Shown here piece by piece: positions 1-8,924 of a stretch of 64,000 nucleotides of DNA. The stretch lies in the IMG/VR virus record IMGVR_UViG_3300025133_000020; one strand, written 5' to 3'. The stretch is from a virus. Its lineage: Duplodnaviria > Caudoviricetes. The position numbers were made by a program, and so were the translations under genes. The notes below the pieces were generated by a model, which worked only from the letters and a program-made list of their open reading frames with translations, was not told where the DNA came from and searched no databases. Each line of letters opens with the position of its first letter. Positions within the stretch are counted from its first letter, which is position 1.

Positions 1-1014
1 GTCGCTGACCAAAAGGAAATTCCGTTTAGAGTGGTAACACAAAGATACGGTAAAGGTCTTGTTGACTATGATGACATCTGTGATACTGCTGGTGTAGTGT
101 ATTTAGGTCTTGACCTATCTCACCCAGTAGCGGGTAACGGAACATCAACATTTGATGGTTACGTTGGAGCATCTGGTTCAACAAGTGGTGTAACTGGTGG
201 TTTCACTGCTGATACATCTTCATTCCTAGTATCATGGGCACAATACGCAAGTCTTGAGTTCGAAACTGAAATGGGAGAAGTAACCTTCACACTTGATGAG
301 GTTGTAGTTTCTGTTGAAGAAAGAAAACTAAGAGCTACTTGGTCTCCTGAACTGGCACAAGATGTTAGTGCATTCCACAACATCGATGCTGAAGCGGAAT
401 TGACTGCGTTACTTTCTGAGCAAATTGCTTCTGAAATTGACCGTGAAATTCTAAGAGACCTTAGAAAAGTAGGTGCATGGCAATCACGTTGGGATTACAT
501 GGGATGGAGAAAAGCAAGTCAAGCATCTAATGCTTACACACAAAAAGACTGGAACCAAACGTTAATTACTAAGGTTAACCAAATCTCTGCTCAAATCCAC
601 AAGTCAACTCTAAGAGGTGGAGCAAACTTCATCGTAGTATCTTCCGAGATATCTGCAATCTTTGATGACTTGGAGTACTTCCACGTATCTGACGCAAGTC
701 CAGAGCAAGACCAATATAACATGGGTATCGAGAGAATCGGTAGCTTAGGAGGAAGGTACCAAGTGTACAGAGACCCTTACGCACCGTCTTGGTCAATGAT
801 TATCGGTCACAAAGGTAAGTCTTTGTTAGACACAGGTTACATCTACGCACCATACGTGCCGATGCAATTGACGCCTACAATGTACAACCCGTTCAACTTC
901 GCGCCAGTGAAGGGTATCATGACACGTTACGCTAAGAAGTCTGTTAATAACAGGTTCTACGGACACGTTCGTGTAGACGGAGTGGTAACATTCAACACTA
1001 ACGAATTGAGATAA
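1..1014 (+). CDS. gp23: Major capsid protein (T4 gp23-like), 5' truncated by window edge
   Basis: Open frame from base 1; gp23-type motifs DAEAELTALLSEQIASEIDREI, GYIYAPYVPMQ, KGIMTRYA. Confidence 0.95.
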   Translation, partial: VADQKEIPFRVVTQRYGKGLVDYDDICDTAGVVYLGLDLSHPVAGNGTSTFDGYVGASGSTSGVTGGFTADTSSFLVSWAQYASLEFETEMGEVTFTLDEVVVSVEERKLRATWSPELAQDVSAFHNIDAEAELTALLSEQIASEIDREILRDLRKVGAWQSRWDYMGWRKASQASNAYTQKDWNQTLITKVNQISAQIHKSTLRGGANFIVVSSEISAIFDDLEYFHVSDASPEQDQYNMGIERIGSLGGRYQVYRDPYAPSWSMIIGHKGKSLLDTGYIYAPYVPMQLTPTMYNPFNFAPVKGIMTRYAKKSVNNRFYGHVRVDGVVTFNTNELR

Positions 1015-1028
1015 TCATTCGTTTATAT

Positions 1029-1063
1029 AAAAAAAAAGCCTTCTTTATGAAGGCTTTTTTTTT
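1029..1063. terminator. Bidirectional intrinsic terminator
   Basis: A9-GCCTTC-tttat-GAAGGC-T9 between convergent capsid gene and minus-strand cluster. Confidence 0.9.
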
Positions 1064-1077
1064 GTCTTATACTTTTT

Positions 1078-1467
1078 CTATTGTCTGTCTAGATAAGCTT
1101 TAGCCATTTGTTTGGCTTCTGCTTCGTGTTTGGAATCGTTTCGTATAAACGCACCATACTCCATGGCAGATATAAAGGATTCTTCTAGGTCACTAAGTGG
1201 TACTTCTTCACCGATGAATTTCTCTATGTTGGCAGCTACATATTCCTCAACATCATCTTCGTATCCAGAACCTTCCCACCTTTCACAAAAGTATGCTTCT
1301 ACTTTACCATCATAATGTATGGTTACATTATTATCTCGATGAAGCCCACCTTCATCCAAATCGATGTCAAAAAACACATCTAAAAAGGTATCCTCTTCTC
1401 TAAATGTAATATTTTCAGCTATCTGATGCATTACATCGTAAATTAACGTCTTAAATTCTTCTTTCAT
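1078..1467 (-). CDS. Acidic hypothetical protein
   Basis: 129-aa ORF, tightly packed in minus-strand cluster. Confidence 0.7.
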   Translation of the reverse strand: MKEEFKTLIYDVMHQIAENITFREEDTFLDVFFDIDLDEGGLHRDNNVTIHYDGKVEAYFCERWEGSGYEDDVEEYVAANIEKFIGEEVPLSDLEESFISAMEYGAFIRNDSKHEAEAKQMAKAYLDRQ

Positions 1468-1472
1468 TTTTC

Positions 1473-1865
1473 CTATAGTTTAAATCCGCATTCACACTTA
1501 TGGTGTTGGTTTTTCTTTTGGGGACAATCTTCAAAATGGGAACCTTTTAAGTCCGTCCATTCTGGTAGGTCTAATTCCTCAGCATTATCACCAATAATGT
1601 AACCTATCACCCACCAACCTCTACAACCACCGAATTTTTCATCGTAATTGGTTACAGTCATTAGGCTATGGACTAACGGGTCATCTGGTCGCCATTCGTT
1701 TGGTTCACTAGTTGAAATAGCCAAAGAATAAGTCTGGTCAAGGTTAAAGGCGTTAGCCACCCAATCAATACTCTCTAAGTCTTGTCTATTCTCTACTTCA
1801 TGTTCGGTTTCTTCGAATCCTGAAAAGTAGTTAGGGAATCGCCTTCTTATTGTGAATTTGCTCAT
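1473..1865 (-). CDS. Hypothetical protein (start refined to MSKFTIRRRFPNYFSG)
   Basis: ATGA overlap with upstream ORF stop at 1862-1865. Confidence 0.7.
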   Translation of the reverse strand: MSKFTIRRRFPNYFSGFEETEHEVENRQDLESIDWVANAFNLDQTYSLAISTSEPNEWRPDDPLVHSLMTVTNYDEKFGGCRGWWVIGYIIGDNAEELDLPEWTDLKGSHFEDCPQKKNQHHKCECGFKL

Positions 1866-2176
1866 GGTTCTTCTATCGTTAAAATTTCCAGTATTCTGAT
1901 TCGTTTGGCTAGATACCATAGACCACCTTGATTATTTGGTCGTTGGAATTCCTCATAACCATCCATCTCTATTTTAACCCACACTCTACCTCTTTCGGAT
2001 AAATGGGGTGCCTCTGTCTTTGACGTGCAATGCCAGAATGGTCTTACCTTAAAACCCTTAGTCGGGTGAGATTCGGCTTCCATCCATTCGTTGAGTGGTA
2101 ACCTTAATTTCTTGTTGATGAATAATGGTGTTATATTACCATCCTTCAGTAGTCTTACGAGTTTGTATGCTATCAT
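1862..2176 (-). CDS. Hypothetical phage protein
   Basis: 104-aa ORF, basic, GFKVRPFWHC/APHL motifs. Confidence 0.7.
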   Translation of the reverse strand: MIAYKLVRLLKDGNITPLFINKKLRLPLNEWMEAESHPTKGFKVRPFWHCTSKTEAPHLSERGRVWVKIEMDGYEEFQRPNNQGGLWYLAKRIRILEILTIEEP

Positions 2177-2186
2177 TCTTGGTCTT

Positions 2187-2435
2187 TTAATATGCTACTT
2201 CTATATCTCTAAATCTAAGTTGTTTGTCTGGAAAATCATCTAATTCGAACCATCTGGAACCAATTGAGGTATCCCAATATTGCCAACCACTTTTACCACG
2301 ATATTGTTTATGGTATACATCTTTATTGATGGTTATACGTTTGCGCATCTTATAAACACGCTTGGTATTTATTTCAACTATCTCATAACCATTGGGTGTG
2401 ATATCACCTACTTCCGCTTCTTCTAAACTAGTCAT
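2187..2435 (-). CDS. Hypothetical protein
   Basis: 82-aa ORF, start overlaps upstream stop. Confidence 0.65.
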   Translation of the reverse strand: MTSLEEAEVGDITPNGYEIVEINTKRVYKMRKRITINKDVYHKQYRGKSGWQYWDTSIGSRWFELDDFPDKQLRFRDIEVAY

Positions 2436-2875
2436 TATAATAATATATGTCCGATGAAAGCGCCTACATTGATTAGTACGCCTAAAATAAATTGAATTGT
2501 TCTTGATACTGGAGTCATGAATTTTGTCGTCTTGGCGACACTTGACGTGCTTTGAGCCATCCAGCGTTTTGGGTATAGTGTATTATCTAACTCGTTTCTG
2601 GTAAGATACATGGCACCATTATGCATGAAACTGAAACATAATGCCAGTCCTATTAGACTTGCAACGCACCAGTACCAAGCCATTCCAGTGAAAAAGAGTA
2701 AACTACAGCCCATTATAATGACTATTGCTCTCTGAATCGTGAAAATAACGTGCTCTTCTACCTTTGGTTTCCAGTCATAATATCGGGAACCAATTTTAAT
2801 ATGCCAATAAATACCTTCTCTCCAACCTTCAAAGGCTGCGTAAGCTATAAATAATGCTAATATGATTAGATTCAT
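2435..2875 (-). CDS. Membrane protein
   Basis: Several hydrophobic helices. Confidence 0.75.
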   Translation of the reverse strand: MNLIILALFIAYAAFEGWREGIYWHIKIGSRYYDWKPKVEEHVIFTIQRAIVIIMGCSLLFFTGMAWYWCVASLIGLALCFSFMHNGAMYLTRNELDNTLYPKRWMAQSTSSVAKTTKFMTPVSRTIQFILGVLINVGAFIGHILL

Positions 2876-3211
2876 TTAATGAATTTTCAATTGCCATTTA
2901 CGTATCCACTTAACTATCTTGTTAAGGGTTTTGTTTTTAGGGTCTTCACCAACCAACATAATTAGCGGGTTGATGATTAGACCATTTGTTATGTACCACA
3001 AACCAGCAATTATTGGGTAGGCTGCGAGTGCTATGCTCGTATAGAATAACGCTGCGTTTGCTTCATAACTAATACTTGGTGCTTGCGAAATCCAAAATAC
3101 AATTGCCGCAATAACCGATAATACCATAATTCGACCTACTCTCGTGAACATCCACTTGATTGGTCTTGGCGTCTTATCTAAGAACGCTTTAAATTTTTCC
3201 CATTTAGTCAT
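2876..3211 (-). CDS. Membrane protein
   Basis: Two hydrophobic segments, basic termini. Confidence 0.75.
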   Translation of the reverse strand: MTKWEKFKAFLDKTPRPIKWMFTRVGRIMVLSVIAAIVFWISQAPSISYEANAALFYTSIALAAYPIIAGLWYITNGLIINPLIMLVGEDPKNKTLNKIVKWIRKWQLKIH

Positions 3212-3225
3212 ATCTACTGTTTATA

Positions 3226-3234
3226 AGTAAATAT
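3226..3234 (-). promoter_or_regulatory. Putative late promoter ATATTTACT
   Basis: Recurrent motif ~15 nt upstream of ATG at 3211. Confidence 0.55.
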
Positions 3235-3247
3235 GAAGCTAAAGATG

Positions 3248-3451
3248 TTAATTACCTAACTCTTTATCTATCTCCTTCCGTAAATCCTTATCACTGATAA
3301 CCCCATACTTATTAGTTATCAACTTCCTAACAGCTTTACCCAATTCCGCATCATTAGGGTGCCTAGCCGTAAGCGACCTAACAAGATGGGTTGTCATGAA
3401 TAAGTCCTGAACATCAAATGGGTCTGGATTGGCTTTAACGTCTTGTGGCAT
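3248..3451 (-). CDS. Hypothetical protein
   Basis: 67-aa ORF; HPNDAELGKAVR resembles a recurring small phage protein motif. Confidence 0.6.
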   Translation of the reverse strand: MPQDVKANPDPFDVQDLFMTTHLVRSLTARHPNDAELGKAVRKLITNKYGVISDKDLRKEIDKELGN

Positions 3452-3617
3452 CTAATTTCTCTTTTAGTAATTCCTTCGCTTTCACTCTGGTCTTAGCCCT
3501 TACATAATCACCTTTCTCACCATTAAAATATGATGCCACCGAATTAACGGTCATAGCACCCCAATTTTTAGCATAAGTGTTATGATGATAAAGGAACCCA
3601 TAATCTTCTGTAGCCAT
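3435..3617 (-). CDS. Hypothetical protein
   Basis: 60-aa ORF directly downstream of a promoter. Confidence 0.6.
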   Translation of the reverse strand: MATEDYGFLYHHNTYAKNWGAMTVNSVASYFNGEKGDYVRAKTRVKAKELLKEKLDATRR

Positions 3618-3636
3618 TTTTTTTCACTTTAGGTCA

Positions 3637-3667
3637 CAAAGATACAAAAAAAAAGCCAGAAGTGCAA
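3637..3667 (-). promoter_or_regulatory. Host-type (Bacteroidota-like) promoter TTGCAC-N17-TATCTTTG
   Basis: Exact TAnnTTTG element with TTG upstream. Confidence 0.75.
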
Positions 3668-3677
3668 CACTTCTGGC
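3646..3677 (-). terminator. Intrinsic terminator
   Basis: 10-bp stem GCCAGAAGTG/CACTTCTGGC followed by T9 on minus strand. Confidence 0.8.
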
Positions 3678-3694
3678 GATTTTATTTAAACTAC

Positions 3695-4663
3695 TTACGT
3701 TTTAGACCCACAGTTAGGGCAGAATTTGTAGTTGGCTTTTGCTTTGCTTCCGCAATTGTAGCAGTACCTTCTCATATTCAAATCCTGACTAGTTATAGTC
3801 TTAGTAGATTCAGGTAATAGGTTGAACTCATAGGTTTTAAAAGGAGTCTCATTAAAGGTTAACGACACTTGCGTCATCCTTTGACTAGAATGAGAACCTT
3901 CCTCAACTCTACCAGTTTCAACCGTTTTCTTACTCCTAACTTTCAACCTTTTTAGTGGGTTGAAAGATGTGTTTGTGATTTTCGTATCCTTTCTCGCGTT
4001 AGGGTCGAAAAAATCCCTCTTCAATTCATCAGCACCCATACTTAGGGATGCGTCCATGTTCATATCACCTAATGAATCCATTGATGCTGATATGTTGGTT
4101 GCATTACTTACATCACCAGCTAAACCTCTAGGAGTATTATCTGAACCCATATACCCACTCGAACAAGTGGTACCATAAATGTTATATGGGTTAGGGGCTG
4201 TTGAAGGTGAATTCCAAGGGTGAATAGGTTCACACCAAGGTGTGCTTCTATAATCTTCGAATACGCTTCTAAAACCGTTACCGAAGTAAGATGGGGCTAC
4301 ATATTCCTTATGGAATGTAACCTTCAGGTCTCCATTACTCTCAATCGCCTTACGAACTTCAGACGAATTATTCACCTCATAGGTTTCAAATCGGAACTTC
4401 TTAGGAACATCGATATAACGGTCTAGGAATACTCTTTCTCCTGGTCTTAATATTAAACCACCTTGACCTATCTTCTTGCCGTTCAGCGAGATACGTGCGG
4501 ATATCTTTTCAGATGTTGGATTGAATAATTCAATTTGAAATTCAGTTCCGTTAGTTAAATAAAAGGTTGGTTTTCCGTCTTTAGAGTACGTCTTTAAACG
4601 GCTCTTGTTGATGGCTACATTTACGGTGGGTATAGCCCCCCCACATTGAGTTTTGTATGACAT
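3695..4663 (-). CDS. Beta-rich N-terminal domain protein with C-terminal double zinc ribbon
   Basis: C-terminal CYNCG...FCPNCG; low-complexity middle. Confidence 0.8.
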   Translation of the reverse strand: MSYKTQCGGAIPTVNVAINKSRLKTYSKDGKPTFYLTNGTEFQIELFNPTSEKISARISLNGKKIGQGGLILRPGERVFLDRYIDVPKKFRFETYEVNNSSEVRKAIESNGDLKVTFHKEYVAPSYFGNGFRSVFEDYRSTPWCEPIHPWNSPSTAPNPYNIYGTTCSSGYMGSDNTPRGLAGDVSNATNISASMDSLGDMNMDASLSMGADELKRDFFDPNARKDTKITNTSFNPLKRLKVRSKKTVETGRVEEGSHSSQRMTQVSLTFNETPFKTYEFNLLPESTKTITSQDLNMRRYCYNCGSKAKANYKFCPNCGSKT

Positions 4664-4777
4664 GTGTTTAAGTTTTAATACGTCTTGTTATATTAGCTCC
4701 CAATCAATTCGATTACCGTTTTAGATAACTCTGACGCCCAAATGACGTAAGACTGAGATATTGCTTAACTCTGTTTA

Positions 4778-4808
4778 TAAATATAGGGATAAACCCCGAA
4801 AAGGTCAA
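4778..4808 (-). promoter_or_regulatory. Promoter TTGACC-N17-TATATTTA
   Basis: Same 17-nt spacing class as other early/middle promoters. Confidence 0.7.
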
Positions 4809-4846
4809 TAGTTTATGGAAAAAAAATGTTTTTTGGTCATTATGTG

Positions 4847-4855
4847 ATATTTATA
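4847..4855 (+). promoter_or_regulatory. Putative late promoter ATATTTATA
   Basis: Motif 15 nt upstream of ATG 4871. Confidence 0.6.
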
Positions 4856-4870
4856 TCTATAGATATACCC

Positions 4871-5614
4871 ATGAAAAATAAGAAAAAAATTTTAACATTA
4901 GATGAGAGAGCACGTATGATTACGGAGGCTTTCAGTGAAACGGTTTTAATGATGGAAGGTGATAAAGCTTTTATGACCGAACAAGAACAATTGAATGAAA
5001 TTGATTTCGGTAGGCTGAAGCAAAAGTTATTAGATAAATTACCAGGAATTAAAGGTAATGCTGAACAAATATATGATGGCGTTAAAGCTAAAGTTGGTGA
5101 GCAAATAGGTGTAGCGAAAGAAGAAATAAACAAACCAGAGAATCAAGCCAAAGTTAAGGAAGTTTTAAATGGGTTGGGTGGTATGATGAGTAAAATAAAA
5201 AACGCTGGTAACGAGGTTTTAAGTGACCCTAAAAAATTGCAGGGATTAATTTCAACGCTTAATTTCAGTACCTACGCTGCTCTTATTACTGGAGTAGCTC
5301 AAATGGTTTTTGGTAGTAGTCTTGGTATAGGTGCCATACTTAGTGGTGGTGCAGCAATTGGTGGAATATTCTTCCTTAAGTTAGCCTTAGTATTGTTCAT
5401 TATTAAGACCATATTATCGGTTGTTAAAGGTGTTAGTACTGTTGGTGAAACCTTGAGTAATATTGGTTCATTTATTAAGACCATTCTAACCTTATTCGAC
5501 CCAGCAAAAAATCCTAGAAATCAAGCCCCTAGTGATGGTATGCCAGAAGAAAGTTATGTACACGAATCACTTAACGAATCTTTAGATAGATTGGTTGCGG
5601 TACACGGATACTAA
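4871..5614 (+). CDS. Hypothetical protein with hydrophobic hairpin, possibly an internal virion protein
   Basis: Start refined to ATG 4871 after promoter motif; Gly/Ala-rich hydrophobic segment. Confidence 0.7.
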   Translation: MKNKKKILTLDERARMITEAFSETVLMMEGDKAFMTEQEQLNEIDFGRLKQKLLDKLPGIKGNAEQIYDGVKAKVGEQIGVAKEEINKPENQAKVKEVLNGLGGMMSKIKNAGNEVLSDPKKLQGLISTLNFSTYAALITGVAQMVFGSSLGIGAILSGGAAIGGIFFLKLALVLFIIKTILSVVKGVSTVGETLSNIGSFIKTILTLFDPAKNPRNQAPSDGMPEESYVHESLNESLDRLVAVHGY

Positions 5615-5868
5615 TACTCTTTAGCTAGTTTTTTAGCTTCAGTTTCACCCCCAATATGTCTGAAAATAATTGCGTCATAAGTGTCATTATGCTTGTCCAT
5701 TAACATAAAACGGATTCTGTGAGCGTTATATAATGCCTGCAATTCTTTGGTACCCAATTGGGTAACCATGGATGCCATTTTCTTCCCCTGAATCACGTCA
5801 TATAACGCCTGATTATTGCTCTGCGTTTCTAATTCGTAACGCAGGCTATTTGCTATCCTATCGCTCAT
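5611..5868 (-). CDS. Hypothetical protein
   Basis: 85-aa ORF overlapping stop of upstream structural gene. Confidence 0.65.
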   Translation of the reverse strand: MSDRIANSLRYELETQSNNQALYDVIQGKKMASMVTQLGTKELQALYNAHRIRFMLMDKHNDTYDAIIFRHIGGETEAKKLAKEY

Positions 5869-7283
5869 TGGCTATCTCTCAACTCACTTTGGGATAGAAC
5901 GCTGAAGTATAATACTTCCTTTAATGTGTTCACTTCCAAGTTGGTTGTAGCCTTAATATCGATGAAATATTCAGATGGAATAAGGCTAGCAGTATCTATC
6001 AAGAAGTAGTTATGGTTATTAGCCATTTCCACTGGTTGATAGTCTATTATTGTTAATTCATTTATACCTTCCTTCGCGTATAGGCGATATTGAACATCAT
6101 CCATTTTTTGCTCTTGGTTTACGGTATATGGTATCTTGGTTTGTACGATTACTTTTCGAATATCACCCCTCTTAATAACCTCACCTTTTTGGATTCCACC
6201 AGCTACAATTCCTACCTTCTTAGGTAGCCCAGCGCTGTCACCTACGTTGTACCAATCATCAGCCGATTTAAGGGCGAAATCAAGCGTTATATTAGGTCTG
6301 GAGACACCATTGATGGTTACACCTGACCAAACGTCATTAAACATCACACAATCAACCGCAGTGCTTGTTGTAGGTACATTAATATCGATGCTATAAACAC
6401 CCTTAGTTACCTGAGTTACAGCGCTTTGCGTGTAAGCTGAGTAAACAGCACCGTCTTGGTCTAAGACTTGAACCGTTGGTAAAGAGTCGAGATTAGTGGG
6501 CGTACCGCCCAAGTTAACGTATAGGTATAGCTTGTTAGCTTTGTCAAGGTAGAAATCATGTCTATCATCAGTGATATGGTCGGAATAAATAGTTTCAACA
6601 TATGGTTCATATATGCTCTGAGTGTGTCGTGTGAAGAACCCTACGTATTGATATTCGTAGGTTGGTAATTCTTCGTATTCTCTTTGAAACGCTAAAGCTA
6701 AACCATTATTGGTTGCACCAGTTATTAAATCATTAACGAATGATGTGATATCCATATCAATATTCTCATTCCCCAATGGGAAATTCTGAGTTTGGATGGT
6801 TATACCACTTGTGGCTCCTGTTACCACACCTTCTTCAGCCCACCCACTTAATGTGGTGGCTGAGTACCAGTTTGATGGTACCGCATTATAAGCTGGTTGC
6901 CCAGCAGTATAAGTACAGTCTGAATAATCATACCCGACACCCTCAACCCAATCTTGAGTTATAGGGAATAGGATAAGGTCGAATGAGGATGCTCTGGGTT
7001 TACCAGCACAATTCTTTTGACCTAATAATTCCTTATCCAAACAACCAGTATTAATCATACGTAACGTATGCGTCATCTTAGTTAAATCTGGGTAAGTACC
7101 ACCAGTGTATAGGGTCTGTAATCTTGAAACATCAAAATGGAATAAGTGTCTGGTATACTGTTGGTCATATGTACTTCCAGTACCGCCACCATAGTACAAT
7201 TCACTCACAGGATTTAGCCCAGTATTAGTGTAGCTATCCAGTATGATTGTGTTGTTTCTATCGAAGTAAGTTCTAACTACCAT
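5865..7283 (-). CDS. Putative virion structural protein (beta-rich, DNRLRE-like)
   Basis: Beta-rich, S/T/G-rich, late-type promoter upstream. Confidence 0.65.
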   Translation of the reverse strand: MVVRTYFDRNNTIILDSYTNTGLNPVSELYYGGGTGSTYDQQYTRHLFHFDVSRLQTLYTGGTYPDLTKMTHTLRMINTGCLDKELLGQKNCAGKPRASSFDLILFPITQDWVEGVGYDYSDCTYTAGQPAYNAVPSNWYSATTLSGWAEEGVVTGATSGITIQTQNFPLGNENIDMDITSFVNDLITGATNNGLALAFQREYEELPTYEYQYVGFFTRHTQSIYEPYVETIYSDHITDDRHDFYLDKANKLYLYVNLGGTPTNLDSLPTVQVLDQDGAVYSAYTQSAVTQVTKGVYSIDINVPTTSTAVDCVMFNDVWSGVTINGVSRPNITLDFALKSADDWYNVGDSAGLPKKVGIVAGGIQKGEVIKRGDIRKVIVQTKIPYTVNQEQKMDDVQYRLYAKEGINELTIIDYQPVEMANNHNYFLIDTASLIPSEYFIDIKATTNLEVNTLKEVLYFSVLSQSELRDSQ

Positions 7284-7294
7284 TTTGCTTTATA

Positions 7295-7303
7295 AGTAAA
7301 TAT
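7295..7303 (-). promoter_or_regulatory. Putative late promoter ATATTTACT
   Basis: Motif upstream of 7283. Confidence 0.6.
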
Positions 7304-7316
7304 AAGGTCAAATCGA

Positions 7317-8300
7317 TTAATTCGTCTTAACATTTTTGGAAAGCATGGTCTCCACAGGATACTCCAAATACTCTTTGATGAAGTTCTCACCTCGAATGGC
7401 AGTAGGTTTAAGACCTGGAAATCTATGAACATGATTCATGAACGCCATTTCCAACTTTTTAAGATACTCTAATAATGTATCACCAAACACTAATGGATGG
7501 GCTTCTTCTAGAATCTTTATTAACTCTTCCTCAGCTATATAACCATCTTGGTCGGTTATTGTAAATCTAGGTGAACCTTCTTTGTGGGTTAATAGATTAA
7601 TTTTATTGGCGACAACGTTAGCCACACTACCATATTCTGGAGGTGTTCCTCTGTTCTCAGACTCTTTAATTTTTGCGTTAAACTTAAGTTGAACATACGC
7701 TGGATTAGTCTTATTGAATATCAGGTTATTGTCTAATACGTGTTGACCCGCACGTAAGAAAACTTCATTCTCTTTTAGTATAAGGTCAGCGTTATCCCTA
7801 CCTTGTAAAGCAATGTCGACTAAATCTGGAAATACCCCCTGCGCATCCACCAACGTATCAATATTTACGTTAGCTGTTACTGGCGATACACTTAACCCCG
7901 CTAACCCAGTTTCACTAATACTATCTTTTTTAAGTTTCAGTGGGCTAGAAATGATAGGACCCATATAGAATCTATCAGCGTATTTAGTCCCATTATCAAA
8001 CGTGAAAATGAACACCGCCTCACCAACCTTTGGTACCACATTAAGGTGACTGGGCATTAACGGAAAACAGTTTGTTAAGTCACTTTCTTGTACATCTTTA
8101 TCCCAATTAGCTCCAGGAACATTACAACGAATAATCGTGGGGTCAGCATTAAACCTCTCATCACTTTTACGCTTAATATTGTCATCAACATTAGGGGTTA
8201 CGGTACCAACTACTTTAACGACACCTATTTGTATACCCATGTCATTGAATTGCTTATTGAATTCGCTTGACTTACCATATGAAAACTTACCGTTATCCAT
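7317..8300 (-). CDS. Baseplate hub/spike protein (gp5-like OB fold)
   Basis: N-terminal GVVKVV...VPKVGEAVFIF pattern; C-terminal HVH spike-type motif. Confidence 0.6.
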   Translation of the reverse strand: MDNGKFSYGKSSEFNKQFNDMGIQIGVVKVVGTVTPNVDDNIKRKSDERFNADPTIIRCNVPGANWDKDVQESDLTNCFPLMPSHLNVVPKVGEAVFIFTFDNGTKYADRFYMGPIISSPLKLKKDSISETGLAGLSVSPVTANVNIDTLVDAQGVFPDLVDIALQGRDNADLILKENEVFLRAGQHVLDNNLIFNKTNPAYVQLKFNAKIKESENRGTPPEYGSVANVVANKINLLTHKEGSPRFTITDQDGYIAEEELIKILEEAHPLVFGDTLLEYLKKLEMAFMNHVHRFPGLKPTAIRGENFIKEYLEYPVETMLSKNVKTN

Positions 8301-8457
8301 TTCTACTTGTTAATATTCGTTTGATTTTACCGTAACGAGCAGCAAGCTCATCCAGTTTATCACATTCCTTAAGCATCTTATCTTTAAGTGCTTGATATTC
8401 GTTCTCCAAAGACATTTGTTCCATCTTCAGGTCGTTTGTTGGTTTATCTTCTAACAT
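8293..8457 (-). CDS. Small coiled-coil protein (54 aa, below ORF-track cutoff)
   Basis: Hand translation MLEDKPTNDLKMEQMSLENEYQALKDKMLKECDKLDELAARYGKIKRILTSRNG; fills the gap and overlaps the next ATG. Confidence 0.7.
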   Translation of the reverse strand: MLEDKPTNDLKMEQMSLENEYQALKDKMLKECDKLDELAARYGKIKRILTSRNG

Positions 8458-8462
8458 ATCTA

Positions 8463-8918
8463 TTATTGTGCTACTCCAGCGCTACTTACCATAACTGGGT
8501 TTGTTCCAACGCTGGTGACGGGCCACCCTGCATACCCAACACCGTTGGTTTGAACCAGAATACTTCCAGGGTCAATCACATTTGAAATCTTCATTTCCGT
8601 CTGTATTGCGTTAACAACTTCTTCCATTCTTATTACTTCCAATGCAGTCATAACATTATCACCACCTTGGAATATTTCACCCCCGACAGCATCTGCCTCA
8701 GAGAATCTTGATATAACTCTTGCGGATATATCTCGTGCTGAAAGTCCAGGACGCATCTTACTACCAATCATGATTAATGGTGGTGGTAATGTTACTGCTG
8801 GTGCTTTCATCATTGAGAATACACTTAATAAAATCTTAAGTATATTACTCATCGAACTGAATTTACCCTTACTTTTAGGGACTCCAATTTTTTGTGTACT
8901 TCTACATTCTTGTGCCAT
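8463..8918 (-). CDS. Hypothetical protein, probably baseplate-associated
   Basis: 151-aa ORF in structural operon. Confidence 0.65.
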   Translation of the reverse strand: MAQECRSTQKIGVPKSKGKFSSMSNILKILLSVFSMMKAPAVTLPPPLIMIGSKMRPGLSARDISARVISRFSEADAVGGEIFQGGDNVMTALEVIRMEEVVNAIQTEMKISNVIDPGSILVQTNGVGYAGWPVTSVGTNPVMVSSAGVAQ

Positions 8919-8924
8919 GGTTAT

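Noticed and set aside
4664-4777. SAM-II/SAM-V riboswitch
   Set aside because: Only isolated sub-motifs (CAUUUG, AGCUAA) are present, without the required pseudoknot arrangement
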